This document shows positions 1 to 11,126 of a stretch of 64,000 nt of DNA, piece by piece. A program made the position numbers and the translations under genes. The notes beneath the pieces are model-generated. The model searched no databases. It was not told the DNA's origin and saw only the letters and a list, made by a program, of their open reading frames with translations. Every line of letters starts with the position of its first letter. Position 1 is the first letter of the stretch. Source of the DNA: Macrostomum lignano (Eukaryota); the NCBI GenBank assembly GCA_002269645.1, contig NIVC01000808.1, positions 124,001-188,000 on the forward strand. The letters are read 5' to 3'.

Positions 1-309
1 GGGTAAGGAGGATGCATGATTAGATGTTGAGGATATATTAGTGAAGATAGATGACTAGATATGGCTTGAGTTATTTAATTTGCAGTAATTTGGGTCTTTG
101 AATGTAAAAAACAAACATAATGTCTGACATTTAAAACTCTTGGTGGTGGTCAGATGTTGGTGGAGAAGCCCAATCCAGTAAAAAGAAGGTTGTTTTGAGT
201 AATAAAGAAGTTAATGGGATTGCTAGGATAGATGTTTAGTTAGGAAAGAATATGAATTAGACGGTAGACGTCACGGTGATTATGGTTCACTTCGCCAACC
301 TTGCTCAAG

Positions 310-816
310 GTCGTGTCCACCATAGTGGAGTCGCTCAACATCGTGCCCTTCCTGGCGCCGAACGAGTACGCTGTTGGCAGCTGCATATTCGAAATCATGT
401 CGTCATTTCTATTCTATTACAAGTCTAAAACACAGGAGCTTGAAAGAAACAAGGTGGAGAATGTTAACACCATAGTATTGCGAGCTTTCAGCACTTCCCG
501 GAATCTGCAGGCCGATAGCAGCAACAGGTTCTTTCCAATCAAGAATACCCTGGATAAAACCTGTTCGCTGCTTAACCGGCCTGAATTAGGCGACGAATTG
601 CGAGTGAAAGTTTACGAATTGACCCGCGATTGCCTGCTGTTTATCAACACGCTGATTGACAGCTGCGACGATGTCGACCATCGAATGGCTGTACGAACCG
701 AACTGTGGTCTCTGGTGCTCAAGGACCGCTGGAAGGTGCTTGAGAGCACGCTGTCAAAGGCGCCAGATGGATCGTGCCGCACCCAGTTCGACATCTTTCA
801 GGACAAGGGCGACCAG
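310..816 (+). CDS. DIAPH: Diaphanous-related formin, internal coding exon (GBD/FH3 region); the gene starts upstream of the window
   Basis: Within ORF 301..834. Probable acceptor ctcaag|G at 309/310 and donor CAG|gtaatt at 816/817, phase 0. The end FDIFQDKGDQ joins the next exon's DASEISERFD, resembling DIAPH 'LDIFEEHKEED-LMELSHRL'. The 5' boundary is less certain. Confidence 0.8.
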
Positions 817-848
817 GTAATTTTTGTTGCTTGAATGTACTTTTTGGG

Positions 849-1572
849 CAGACCTTCTCTGCCACCGCTGCCCCAGTTCTCTGCCACCGCTGCCCCAGTT
901 CTTCTCTGCCACCGCTGCCCCAGTTCTTCTCTGCCACCGCTGCCCCAGTTCTTCTCTGCCACCGCTGCCCCAGACCTTCTCTGCCACCGCTGCCCCAGAC
1001 CTTCTCTGCCACCGCTGCCCCAGACCTTCTCTGCCACCGCTGCCCCAGTTCTTCTCTGCCACCGCTGCCCCAGTTCTTCTCTGCCACCGCTGCCCCAGAC
1101 CTCTGCCACCGCTGCCCCAGTTCTTCTCTGCCACCGCTGCCCCAGTTCTTCTCTGCCACCGCTGCCCCAGTTCTTCTCTGCCACCGCTGCCCCAGACCTC
1201 TGCCACCGCTGCCCCAGTTCTTCTCTGCCACCGCTGCCCCAGTTCTTCTCTGCCACCGCTGCCCCAGTTCTTCTCTGCCACCGCTGCCCCAGACCTCTGC
1301 CACCGCTGCCCCAGACCTTCTCTGCCACCGCTGCCCCAGACCTCTGCCACCGCTGCCCCAGACCTTCTCTGCCACCGCTGCCCCAGACCTTCTCTGCCAC
1401 CGCTGCCCCAGACCTTCTCTGCCACCGCTGCCCCAGACCTTCTCTGCCACCGCTGCCCCAGACCTTCTCTGCCACCGCTGCCCCAGACCTTCTCTGCCAC
1501 CGCTGCCCCAGACTTTCTCTGCCACCGCTGCCCCAGTGGTCACCCCTGCCCCAGTGGTCACCCCTGCCCCAG
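849..1572. repeat. Intronic minisatellite, ~25-bp unit CCTTCTCTGCCACCGCTGCCCCAGA with variants
   Basis: About 28 tandem copies in DIAPH intron 817..2099, starting ~30 bp after the donor. Confidence 0.95.
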
Positions 1573-2099
1573 TCCTTCATTGGTCACATTTAAAGGTAAA
1601 TCGTGCGCTGTGATGGTGATGCCATTCGATTAGCATAGTATGCTTTGATTATGGTTATTCAGAATTGGTTTCATTACAATTTTATTGTGGAGATTCTATT
1701 TAGTAGTAAATGTCAAATCTAAGCTATATTCAGGTAATTGATAGTCTTATCAATATTTAGCATTCCTAGGCTAAGTGCAGTATAATTCTATAAATATAGA
1801 ACTTGTAGGCTGTATTAAAAGCTATAAAAAATACGCACAGCGCCTGCTTTCATTATCGCTTGTATCCGATATACATCAGACTTTTTTGTGTAGCATATTT
1901 GAATATTTACTGACTAGTGCTATTCTGTTAGTTAGGGTAATGCGTCTGTAATAGCATAGCAACAGCGATTAATTATGCTAGGCTGTTTATCTTCTCTAGT
2001 TTGTCTTATTTCCATCCGTAGCCCCAGTCAGCTTTTGATACCCAGCCCTAAATAGCTATGCTAATAATTTCATGATTAATTAATTAATTAATATGTCAG

Positions 2100-2347
2100 G
2101 ATGCCTCGGAGATCAGCGAACGTTTCGACGGCTGCCTGTCAAACACGGAGATGAACGATCCCAGATTCTGTTTCGATTTGCTCTGGCGCTCGCTTGAGGG
2201 CACCGAAGCTGATTGGTTTTTTAAAAGTATTCTCCAACACCTGCTCTACGTGCCGTTCAACAATTATCAGAAAGACTATTTCAAGCTGTTTGAGGAGTTG
2301 ATATCGCAGCTGGTGTTGACTAAGGATGGCACTTATCCAGACTTCAG
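2100..2347 (+). CDS. DIAPH: Diaphanous-related formin exon (end of FH3/DID, dimerisation segment)
   Basis: Acceptor tgtcag|G at 2099/2100, donor AG|gtgcgt at 2347/2348 (phase 2). Encodes FKSILQHLL...YFKLFEELISQLVLTKDGTYPDF, matching DIAPH '[32 protein letters not shown]'. Confidence 0.9.
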
Positions 2348-2358
2348 GTGCGTCCTTT

Positions 2359-3869
2359 GGGGAGTGCAGCAGCTTCTGCAGTGTACAGTGGGAGTGCAGT
2401 AGCTTATGCAGTGTACAGTGGGAGTGCAGTAGCTTATGCAGTGTACAGTGGGAGTGCAGCAGCTTCTGCAGTGTACAGTGGGAGTGCAGTAGCTTATGCA
2501 GTGTACAGTGGGAGTGCAGTAGCTTATGCAGTGTACAGGGGGAGTGCAGTAGCTTCTGCAGTGTACAGGGGGAGTGCAGTAGCTTATGCAGTGTACAGTG
2601 GGAGTGCAGTAGCTTATGCAGTGCACAGGGGGTGTGCAGTAGCTTCTGCAGTGTACAGGGGGAGTGCAGTAGCTTATGCAGTGTAAAGTGGGAGTGCAGT
2701 AGCTTATGCAGTGCACAGGGGGTGTGCAGTAGCTTCTGCAGTGTACAGGGGAGTGCAGCAGCTTCTGCAGTGTACAGTGGGAGTGCAGTAGCTTATGCAG
2801 TGTACAGTGGGAGTGCAGTAGCTTCTGCAGTGTACAGGGGGAGTGCAGCAGCTTCCGCAGTGTACAGTGGGAGTGCAGTAGCTTCTGCAGTGTACAGGGG
2901 GAGTGCAGTAGCTTCTGCAGTGTACAGGGTGAGTGCAGTAGCTTCCGCAGTGTACAGGGGGAGTGCAGTAGCTTCTGCAGTGTACAGGGGGAGTGCAGCA
3001 GCTTCTGCAGTGTACAGTGGGAGTGCAGCAGCTTCTGCAGTGGGCAGGGGGAGTGCAGTAGCTTGTAACTTCTGCAGTGTACAGTGGGAGTGCAGCAGCT
3101 TCCGCAGTGTACAGTGGAAGTGCAGTAGCTTCTGCAGTGTTCAGAGGGAGTGCAGTAGCTTCCGCAGTGTACAGGGGGAGTGCAGTAGCTTCTGCAGTGT
3201 ACAGGGGGAGTGCAGCAGCTTCTGCAGTGTACAGTGGGAGTGCAGCAGCTTCTGCAGTGGGCAGGGGAGTGCAGTAGCTTGTAACTTCTGCAGTGTACAG
3301 TGGGAGTGCAGTAGCTTCTGCAGTGTACAGTGGAAGTGCAGCAGCTTCCGCAGTGTACAGGGGGAGTGCAGTAGCTTCCGCAGTGTACAGGGGGAGTGCA
3401 GTAGCTTCTGCAGTGTACAGGGGAGTGCAGTAGCTTCTGCAGTGTTCAGGGGAGTGCAGTAGCTTCTGCAGTGTTCAGGGGAGTGCAGCAGCTTCTGCAG
3501 TGTACAGGGGGAGTGCAGTAGCTTCTGCAGTGAGCAGGGGTAGTGCAGTGGCTTATGCAGTGTACAGTGGGAGTGCAGCAGCTTCTGCAGTGGAACAGGG
3601 GAAGTGCAGTAGCTTCTGCAGTGTACAGGGGAGTGCAGTAGCTTGTAACTTCTGCAGTGTACAGTGGGAGTGCAGTAGCTTCTGCAGTGTACAGGGGGTG
3701 CAGTAGCTTATGCAGTGTACAGGGTGAGTGCAGTAGCTTCTGCAGTGTACAGGGGGTGCAGTAGCTTATGCAGTGTACAGGGTGAGTGCAGTAGCTTCTG
3801 CAGTGTACAGGGTGAGTGCAGTAGCTTCTGCAGTGTACAGGGGGGAGTGCATAGACAGGGGAGTGCAGT
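2359..3869. repeat. Intronic minisatellite, 30-bp unit GGGAGTGCAGTAGCTTCTGCAGTGTACAGG
   Basis: About 50 copies filling nearly all of DIAPH intron 2348..3929, starting 11 bp after the donor. Confidence 0.95.
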
Positions 3870-3929
3870 CGACAAGCCAAATATTCTGCATACTGAATCT
3901 ACGAACTCCCTTATTGCCACTGATCTCAG

Positions 3930-5129
3930 GTCGCGAGATTTGCGCACTTTTTTCGACTTCGACGCGATCAAGAGGGAGATGGTTACCATGGAGGAGCAGG
4001 AGCGGGAGCGGCTGCAGGCCAAGCTGCAAGAGAAAATCAAGCTGGAAGAATGCGATCGGGAGGCCACTCTGCAGGCTCTACGTGACAAGGCCGCAAATTT
4101 GGAGGCGCAACTTGAAGAGGCCCGCAGCCGCCTGTGCGATATTCAAGCTGGCGCCGCCGCTACAGGCACCGGTGCAACTGGGACTGCTGTACCTCCGCCG
4201 CCTCCGGGACCGCCTCCGCCCCCGCCTGGTGGCGCTCCGCCTCCGCCACCACCGCCTCCGCCGCCTCCTCCGCCGCCGCCACCACCACCTGGCGGCGGCC
4301 CGCCACCTGCGCCTCCGCCCCCGCCACCTCCCGGCGGTGGTCCGCCACCTGCGCCTCCGCCGCCGCCACCTCCCGGCGGTGGCCCACCACCCCCGCCGCC
4401 GCCTCCGCCTCCGCCTGGCGTCCCAGGCGCTCCACCGCCGCCTCCGCCGCCCGGCGGCCTGGCCGGCTTCCTTGGCTTTAACAAGCCGCCAGCCCTGCCG
4501 CACGGTCTCAAAAGCAAGCCGGACTATCAGCTGGCTAATCCGACTAAGCGGCTTAACTGGCAGGCGGTGAATCCTAGAGAATTGAGCAAGGATTCTATCT
4601 GGGTTCAGATTGGCAACGCTGAGCAGGAGTTCAGCGATCCCCAGCTGGTTAGCCAACTTGGCGAGCTCTTCTCCACGAAGCCGCCGCCGAAGAAGCTAGC
4701 AGCTGGCGACGATGGCGGCGCTGGAGGCGGCAGCGGCGCAGGTGGTGGCGGCAAGTCTAACAACAAGAAGACCAAAGAGTGCCGCGTACTCGACCCGAAA
4801 TCTGCCCAAAACCTGGCCATCACGCTCGGCTCGCTGCGCCTGTCATTCGAAGAGATCAAGCGTCGTATTGTTGAATGCGACGAGGAGCGATTGTCGCTTG
4901 GCCAGGTTGAGCTGTTGCTCAAATCCCTGCCAGAGCGAGCGATATGAAAAAGATCTCGGCTCTGAAAGTTGAATACGACGATCTGGCCGAGCCGGAACAG
5001 TTTCTGCACTGCCTGGCCGAGGTGAAGAATGCCAGAAATCGGCTGGAGAGTTTGCAATTCAAATTGCAATTTTCTGACCAGTTGGAGGAAGTCAAGCCAA
5101 GCTTTATGGCCGTCACCGACTGTTTGAAG
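3930..5129 (+). CDS. DIAPH: Diaphanous-related formin exon: coiled coil, poly-proline FH1 and N-half of FH2; apparent 1-nt deletion near 4935
   Basis: Acceptor ctcag|G at 3929/3930 completes the phase-2 Arg codon. Poly-Pro runs at ~4190-4450, then FH2 motifs KRLNW and LDPKSAQNLAITLGS. The frame shifts from ORF 3715..4947 to ORF 4944..5138 (YDDLAEPEQF). Donor AAG|gttaat at 5129/5130. Confidence 0.9.
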
Positions 5130-5229
5130 GTTAATTGATTCTTAAATGAAATTATGTGCTTACGCTCGGTCGCGACATTTAATTATGCTATAAGAAAACT
5201 ATTAGCTCGAAATAGTCACGTTGCATGCC

Positions 5230-5628
5230 ACCCCAACTAAACGCAGACCGCACGCCCCAGACCAGCCACCCACCCCAACTGAACGCCATAAAACCCCCCG
5301 CACAGCCACCCACCACCCTAACTAAACGTCATACCCCCTCCTCACAGAGCCACCCAACCCAACTGAACGCCATAAACCACCCCCACCCCAACTGAACGCC
5401 ATAAAACCACCACAGAGCCACCCACCCCAACTGAACGCCATAAAACCCCACAGAGCCACCCACCCCAACTGAACGCCATAAAACCCCCACATAACCACCC
5501 ACCCCAACTGAACGCCATAAACCCCCCCCCACACAGCCACCCACCCCAACTGAACGCCATAAAACCCCCACAGAGCCACTCACCCCAACTGAACGCCATA
5601 AACCCCCCCCCCAACAGACAGCCACCCC
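5230..5628. repeat. Intronic minisatellite, ~38-40-bp unit CCACCCCAACTGAACGCCATAAAACCCCCACAGAGCCA
   Basis: About 10 copies in DIAPH intron 5130..6068. Confidence 0.9.
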
Positions 5629-5632
5629 AAAC

Positions 5633-5977
5633 GGGTCCATGAGAATTGCCCGCAGACGAATTGCCCGCCGAGCTTTTCCCGCTGATATTTGCCCGCAGTG
5701 CATTTTGCCTGTGAGCGAATTGCCCGTGGAGATTTGCCCGCCGAGGTTTGCCCGCAATGCTTTTTCCCTGCAGCGCATTTGGCAGCTATAAGATTCTGTC
5801 TGCATTGCCCCCCCCCTCCCCAAAAAATGCATTTGATATGCAGTTACTATCAAAACGTTTGAACATGTAAATCTCTTTATTAATACTACTAAGCATTGGG
5901 GAGGCAATCCAGACAAAATCTGCTGCATGGCCAAGTGCGCTGTAGGAAAAAAGCATTGCGGGCAAACCTCGGCGGGC
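5633..5977. mobile_element. Truncated Foldback/Merlin-like non-autonomous DNA element
   Basis: Begins GGGTCCATGAGAATTGCCCGC, followed by ~15-bp subrepeats. 5736..5782 is the inverted copy of 5931..5977 (47 bp, 3 mismatches). The terminus resembles the right end of the element at 46254..47600. Confidence 0.6.
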
Positions 5978-6068
5978 TGCTGGCCGAGTCGGTTTGGTCT
6001 GCTGGCCTCATTCGAGCTCCATTCTGGAGCTTAAGTTCACATCCCCTTTTATGACACACAATTTTCAG

Positions 6069-6647
6069 GTGATCCGCACTAGCCAACGCTTCAAGCAGGT
6101 CATTCTGGCTATTCTCACCTTCGGCAATATAATGAATGCGGGCTCGCGCAATCAAAAGAGTCTGGGTTTCGACATCACATTTCTCACTAAGCTGACTGGC
6201 ACCAAAGACACGGAAAACAAGCGAACACTGATGAATGTTCTAGTTGAAACTTTAGAAAGCAAATCGCCTGACGTATTGAATTTTCCCGAAGATTTCGAAC
6301 TGCTGGATCAGGCGGCTCGCGTCACCGAGGAGAGTCTGGACGAACAGCTGCGGGACATTGTTGAAAAGTGCAAACGGCTTGGCAACGATTTGAAGAGCTT
6401 CAAACCTGTGGGACCAACCGACAGATTCCAGGAAGCTATGGAACCGTTCCACAAGCAGGTGAAAGATCAAATAGACATTTTGCAATCATTGCAAAAGCAG
6501 ATGAAGGACAGCTTTAAAGAGGTTAGCGAATACCTCACGTTTAATCCGGCTAAATATCATATGGAGGATCTTCTGGCTGATCTGAAGACCTTCAGAGATA
6601 AGTTCCAGGAGGCTAAGGTGCAAAATGAGGAGATGAGGCGTGCTCAG
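6069..6647 (+). CDS. DIAPH: Diaphanous-related formin exon, C-half of FH2
   Basis: Acceptor tttcag|G at 6068/6069, donor CAG|gtgaga at 6647/6648. Contains the FH2 signature GNIMNAGSRN...GFDITFLTKLTGTK. Confidence 0.92.
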
Positions 6648-6978
6648 GTGAGAATCTTTTTATTTTCTTATTATTTTAAAGTAGAGAGCGGAGAGCGGCA
6701 AAGGATAGATTTTCTTGAGAGAGAATCACGTGACACAGTTATCCATGTACAGGATTTAATGTACATTTAAATTTGCATTAGCCTTATGGCCAAAACAACG
6801 TGAGGCAATAAAATCGGGGGGATCAAGAACTGATTTGTGATATTGACCAAACATTCGCTGTTGTTTTATATATAGTGCATAAAAATGCTAAACGCGCTAC
6901 TACTTTTTCCTGTTATTAGTAGGCAAGTAACGAATATTGCCAACTTAATTCCACTGCGTTACCTATTTTCTAATCCAG

Positions 6979-7350
6979 GAGCGCATCGCCAAGGCCAAGG
7001 AGGAGAAGGAGCGGCGCGAGCGCGAGAAAGCCGCCAGACAGCAGCGCCAGCTGGGCGGCCCCGTCAAAGGCGGCGGCGGCCTTGGCGACGATGGCGGCGC
7101 CAGTGCCAACGAGGACGAAGGTCTGGTTGACAATCTGTTGGAGGCGTTAAAGAGCGGCAAAGCTTTCCAGACGCCGGGCCGGACGAGGGCAAAACGGACG
7201 CCGCGGCAGGGCGCCGAGCGGCGCGCCCATCTGGCGCGGGCCACTTCGCGCGGCGACCTGTCTGGAGGCGGCGTTCTGGACGCCGTTGTTAAGGAGTTGG
7301 CGTTTGACGACACCCCAGAGCAGTCGAAAGTTGCGGTTGGAGACAATTAA
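6979..7350 (+). CDS. DIAPH: Diaphanous-related formin last exon with DAD autoregulatory domain
   Basis: Acceptor atccag|G at 6978/6979. Encodes [19 protein letters not shown] (DAD core MDxLLEAL) followed by a basic stretch. Stop TAA at 7348-7350. Confidence 0.88.
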   Translation, partial: ERIAKAKEEKERREREKAARQQRQLGGPVKGGGGLGDDGGASANEDEGLVDNLLEALKSGKAFQTPGRTRAKRTPRQGAERRAHLARATSRGDLSGGGVLDAVVKELAFDDTPEQSKVAVGDN

Positions 7351-7392
7351 ACTGCTTAATAGCGGGGGTTGCGCTGTCCACTGCGCCTCTGG

Positions 7393-7603
7393 CAGACAGA
7401 CAGACTGACAAACAGACAGACACACAGGCAGACACACAGGCAGACAGACAGACACAGTCAGACAGACAGACAGACTGACAAGCAGACAGACACACAGGCA
7501 GACAGACACAGTCAGACAGACAGACAGGCAGACAGACAGACAGACAGACAGACACAGACAGACACACAGGCAGACAGACAGACACAGACAGACAGACAGA
7601 CAG
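7393..7603. repeat. (CAGA)n/(CA)n compound microsatellite just after the DIAPH stop (3' UTR)
   Basis: Seen directly in the sequence. Confidence 0.95.
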
Positions 7604-8769
7604 GCACCAAGCCAACATTCGAGGGTTCTGCTGAACCCCTTTTAAAAAAATTGCTGCTTATTTTTAGCTCATGCGAAAGAAATGTTTATTAATGCCCAAA
7701 GTGGCCGGCCGATCATCCCGGACTGTAAATCTGGTGTCACTTTGCTGCGCTATTTTGCAACGAATTCATCACTGCTTCGCCTTTCAGTATTAGGGATTCA
7801 ACATTTTTTGTTATAATAATAGGAATAATGAGGAATTAAGTAAAATAATGTTTTGTTAGCCAATTTATGATGTCAATTCTACGTATTGATAATTTCTCTT
7901 CGTTCAATATTTGCAATTAACTACTGATGAGTAGGAGAGTCAGGAAATCTTGTTAAATTTTGTCTGTTTTTTTAACACTATGTAAAAACAATAACGATTT
8001 GTCTTTACAACTTTGCATGCCAGCATGTAGTTCAAGCTGATGTAATTAGTTTCTCCAATTAAATAATTATTTTAACTAACCAAATTTGCATACAATGCGT
8101 ATTTCTAAAAAAATAATCATTCCTTACCTAGAAAGTTAATTTGCTTTATTTTTTATTTATTTGCTTAACGACTTCCACCAGGACTTCCATTAGGCGAAAT
8201 TTCAAACCATTTATTTTAATTTTGGCATGATTTATTTTTTACTCACTTATACAAAGCGTCCCGTGCCATTAAATGCTTGATTGTCGCCTAATTTCAATAT
8301 AACTACTTAGCGCTACTAATCTGCCTACTGTAAGTAGCCAAGTTGCTGATTTTTAACTGCAAATTCCGGTGTTAACGAAAAAAACGTTTCGTTAAGCCAA
8401 TTAATTGCGGAAGGACAAGATAAATGATTTTCAGAATTGTACACAAGCGCTCTTGTTATGTTAACCGTATATTAATAATAACTTTACATATCTGCAATAG
8501 CTGAAAACTAATTTGCTTTAATATTTAGCGTGTTACTGTATTGCTATTAAATTCTTACTTCACTCAACTACGTATATCGATCAGTAAACAAATAACTATG
8601 TAGATAATTATCCAATATCAAGCTATCTTGATATATCTATCTAGAAAGTTATCTTCCTCATAAATAATTCCTGAAATTCCCTTGTCATTTCGGGGTAATC
8701 TCGGCTATTGACCGGATATCCCATGTCTTAGAAATGGCCCAGAAATATTGGCAAATTCCATAGATGTAT

Positions 8770-9374
8770 CTCAGAAATGACCTTGAGTTAAAGGGAAATC
8801 CAATTTCTCATAAATGACCTTGAGATATGGGGCAATCCAATTTCTCATAAATGACCTTGAGATATGGGGCAATCCAATTTCTCATAAATGACCTTGAGAT
8901 ATGGGGCAATCCAATTTCTCATAAATGACCTTGAGATATGGGGCAATCCAATTTCTCATAAATGACCTTGAGATATGGGGCAATCCAATTTCTCATAAAT
9001 GACCTTGAGATATGGGGCAATCCAATTTCTCATAAATGACCTTGAGATATGGGGCAATCCAATTTCTCATAAATGACCTTGAGATATGGGGCAATCCAAT
9101 TTCTCATAAATGACCTTGAGATATGGGGCAATCCAATTTCTCATAAATGACCTTGAGATATGGGGCAATCCAATTTCTCATAAATGACCTTGAGATATGG
9201 GGAAATCCAATATCTCATAAATGACCTTGAGATATGGGGCAATCCAATTTCTCATAAATGACCTTGAGATATGAGGCAATCCAATTTCTCATAAATGACC
9301 TTGAGATATGGGGAATCCAATATCTCATAAATGACCTTGAGATATGGGGAAATCCAATTTCGCAAGAATGACCT
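8770..9374. repeat. 37-bp minisatellite AATGACCTTGAGATATGGGGCAATCCAATTTCTCATA
   Basis: About 16 near-identical copies; period checked at 8821 and 8858. Confidence 0.95.
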
Positions 9375-9937
9375 TCTACAGAACTCTTGCACTCAGCCCA
9401 CTTTGATGCATAGCCAGGATAAACGCATTGATTTTGTTGTCCAAATGTTTCAGTGATTCCAGCTGTATTTGATTCAAAATCAACACCATTCTCAGCCCTA
9501 CGCTGTGTTATTCTGCTGCTCACTTTGGCCTCGAAATTCTTGATTGCTAATTTTCGTGTTTTGTTGTTTTGCTCGCCTTTTTGATATTCAGTGTTTTTGC
9601 TGCAAACCAAATTGTTCAATTCGTACTGTCAAGTTACTATATTAATTTTTATCTATATATAATATATAGCCTTCATAAATGTTTCATATTGCAAGGGTAC
9701 TTGAATATTAAAGTAATGTCATACAACGAATCTTTTTTCGACTTTGTAGTACTGACAGTAGTTAAGAAAATGCTAATCGTGTGAAATTAGGTCTGAAAAT
9801 TAACAACTCGCGAGGTGAGATTAGAGGTGATTAGTGCTGTTTAGAATCGCATTAAATTAAAAAAAATGCATTTATATAATGCAGCAATTGCAATAAGGCA
9901 CTCATTCCAAAATAATGTTCCTAGTACGTGCGATCCT

Positions 9938-10866
9938 AATCTCACTTCTGAGACTGATAAACTTGCAATCTGATCTCACCTCTGAGACTGATCATCTTGC
10001 AATCTGATCTCACCTCTGAGACTAATCAACTTGCAATCTGATCTCACCTCTGAGACTGATCAACTCGCAATCTGATCTCACCTCTGAGACTGATCAACTT
10101 GCAATCTGATCTCACCTCTGAAACTGATAAACTTGCAATCTGATCTCACCTCTGAGACTGATCAACTTGCAATCTGATCTCACCTCTGAGACTGATCAAC
10201 TCGCAATCTGATCTCACCTCTGAGACTAATTAACTTGCAATCTGATCTCACCTCTGAGACTGATCATCTTGCAATCTGATCTCACCTCTGAGACTGATCA
10301 ACTTGCAATCTGATCTCACCTCTGAGACTGATCAACTTGCAATCTGATCTCACCTCTGAGACTGATCAACTTGCAATCTGATCTCACCTCTGAGACTGAT
10401 CATCTTGCAATCTGATCTCACCTCTGAGACTGATCAACTTGCAATCTGATCTCACCTCTGAGACTGATCATCTTGCAATCTGATCTCACCTCTGAGACTG
10501 ATCAACTTGCAATCTGATCTCACCTCTGAGACTGATCAACTTGCAATCTGATCTCACCTCTGAGACTGATCAACTTGCAATCTGATCTCACCTCTGAGAC
10601 TGATCATCTTGCAATCTGATCTCACCTCTGAGACTGATCATCTTGCAATCTGATCTCACCTCTGAGACTGATCATCTTGCAATCTGATCTCACCTCTGAG
10701 ACTGATCAACTTGCAATCTGATCTCACCTCTGAGACTGATCATCTTGCAATCTGATCTCACCTCTGAGACTGATCATCTTGCAATCTGATCTCACCTCTG
10801 AGATTGATTATCTTGCAATTTGATCTCACCTCTGAGACTGATCATCTTGCAATCTGATCTCACCTC
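9938..10866. repeat. 34-bp minisatellite CTCACCTCTGAGACTGATCAACTTGCAATCTGAT, left part
   Basis: About 27 copies, interrupted at 10866 by the LTR element. Confidence 0.95.
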
Positions 10867-11126
10867 TGTTGTGTATGGACTTTTGGTTTAGCAAATGCAC
10901 TAATGCTTCTCTTCTTTTGTCTATAGTCTAGGGTACAATCTTTTATTTCTTTAAGAGCCGAAGGCTAACAGTATTACAAAGGGCAAGCAAGACGTGCGCC
11001 GGCTAGAGGCAAATAAAGCTTGTAAACAGCTCGTATTTTAAATAATGCTTCTTCGACTTGACTTTGATGTCAGATGGTAGCCTGGAGGCAATAGTCGGTA
11101 TAGAAGCAGAAGAAGAGGACATAACA
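10867..11126 (+). repeat. 5' LTR
   Basis: TGTTGTG...ATAACA, 257/260 identical to 15205..15464. Confidence 0.97.

Noticed and set aside
719-1633. Long ORFs in all six frames (280, 279, 269 aa and others)
   Set aside because: They are translations of a stop-free 25-bp minisatellite inside a DIAPH intron, with repetitive peptides and no coding signal.
2326-3929. 378-aa Cys/Ser-rich ORF and the repetitive N-terminus of ORF 3715..4947
   Set aside because: They come from the 30-bp intronic array. The real exon starts at the acceptor at 3930.
4078-4656. Antisense Gly/Arg-rich ORFs over FH1, and similar ones over GPSM, RPLP0 and the nested gene
   Set aside because: These are shadow ORFs of GC-rich coding sequence.
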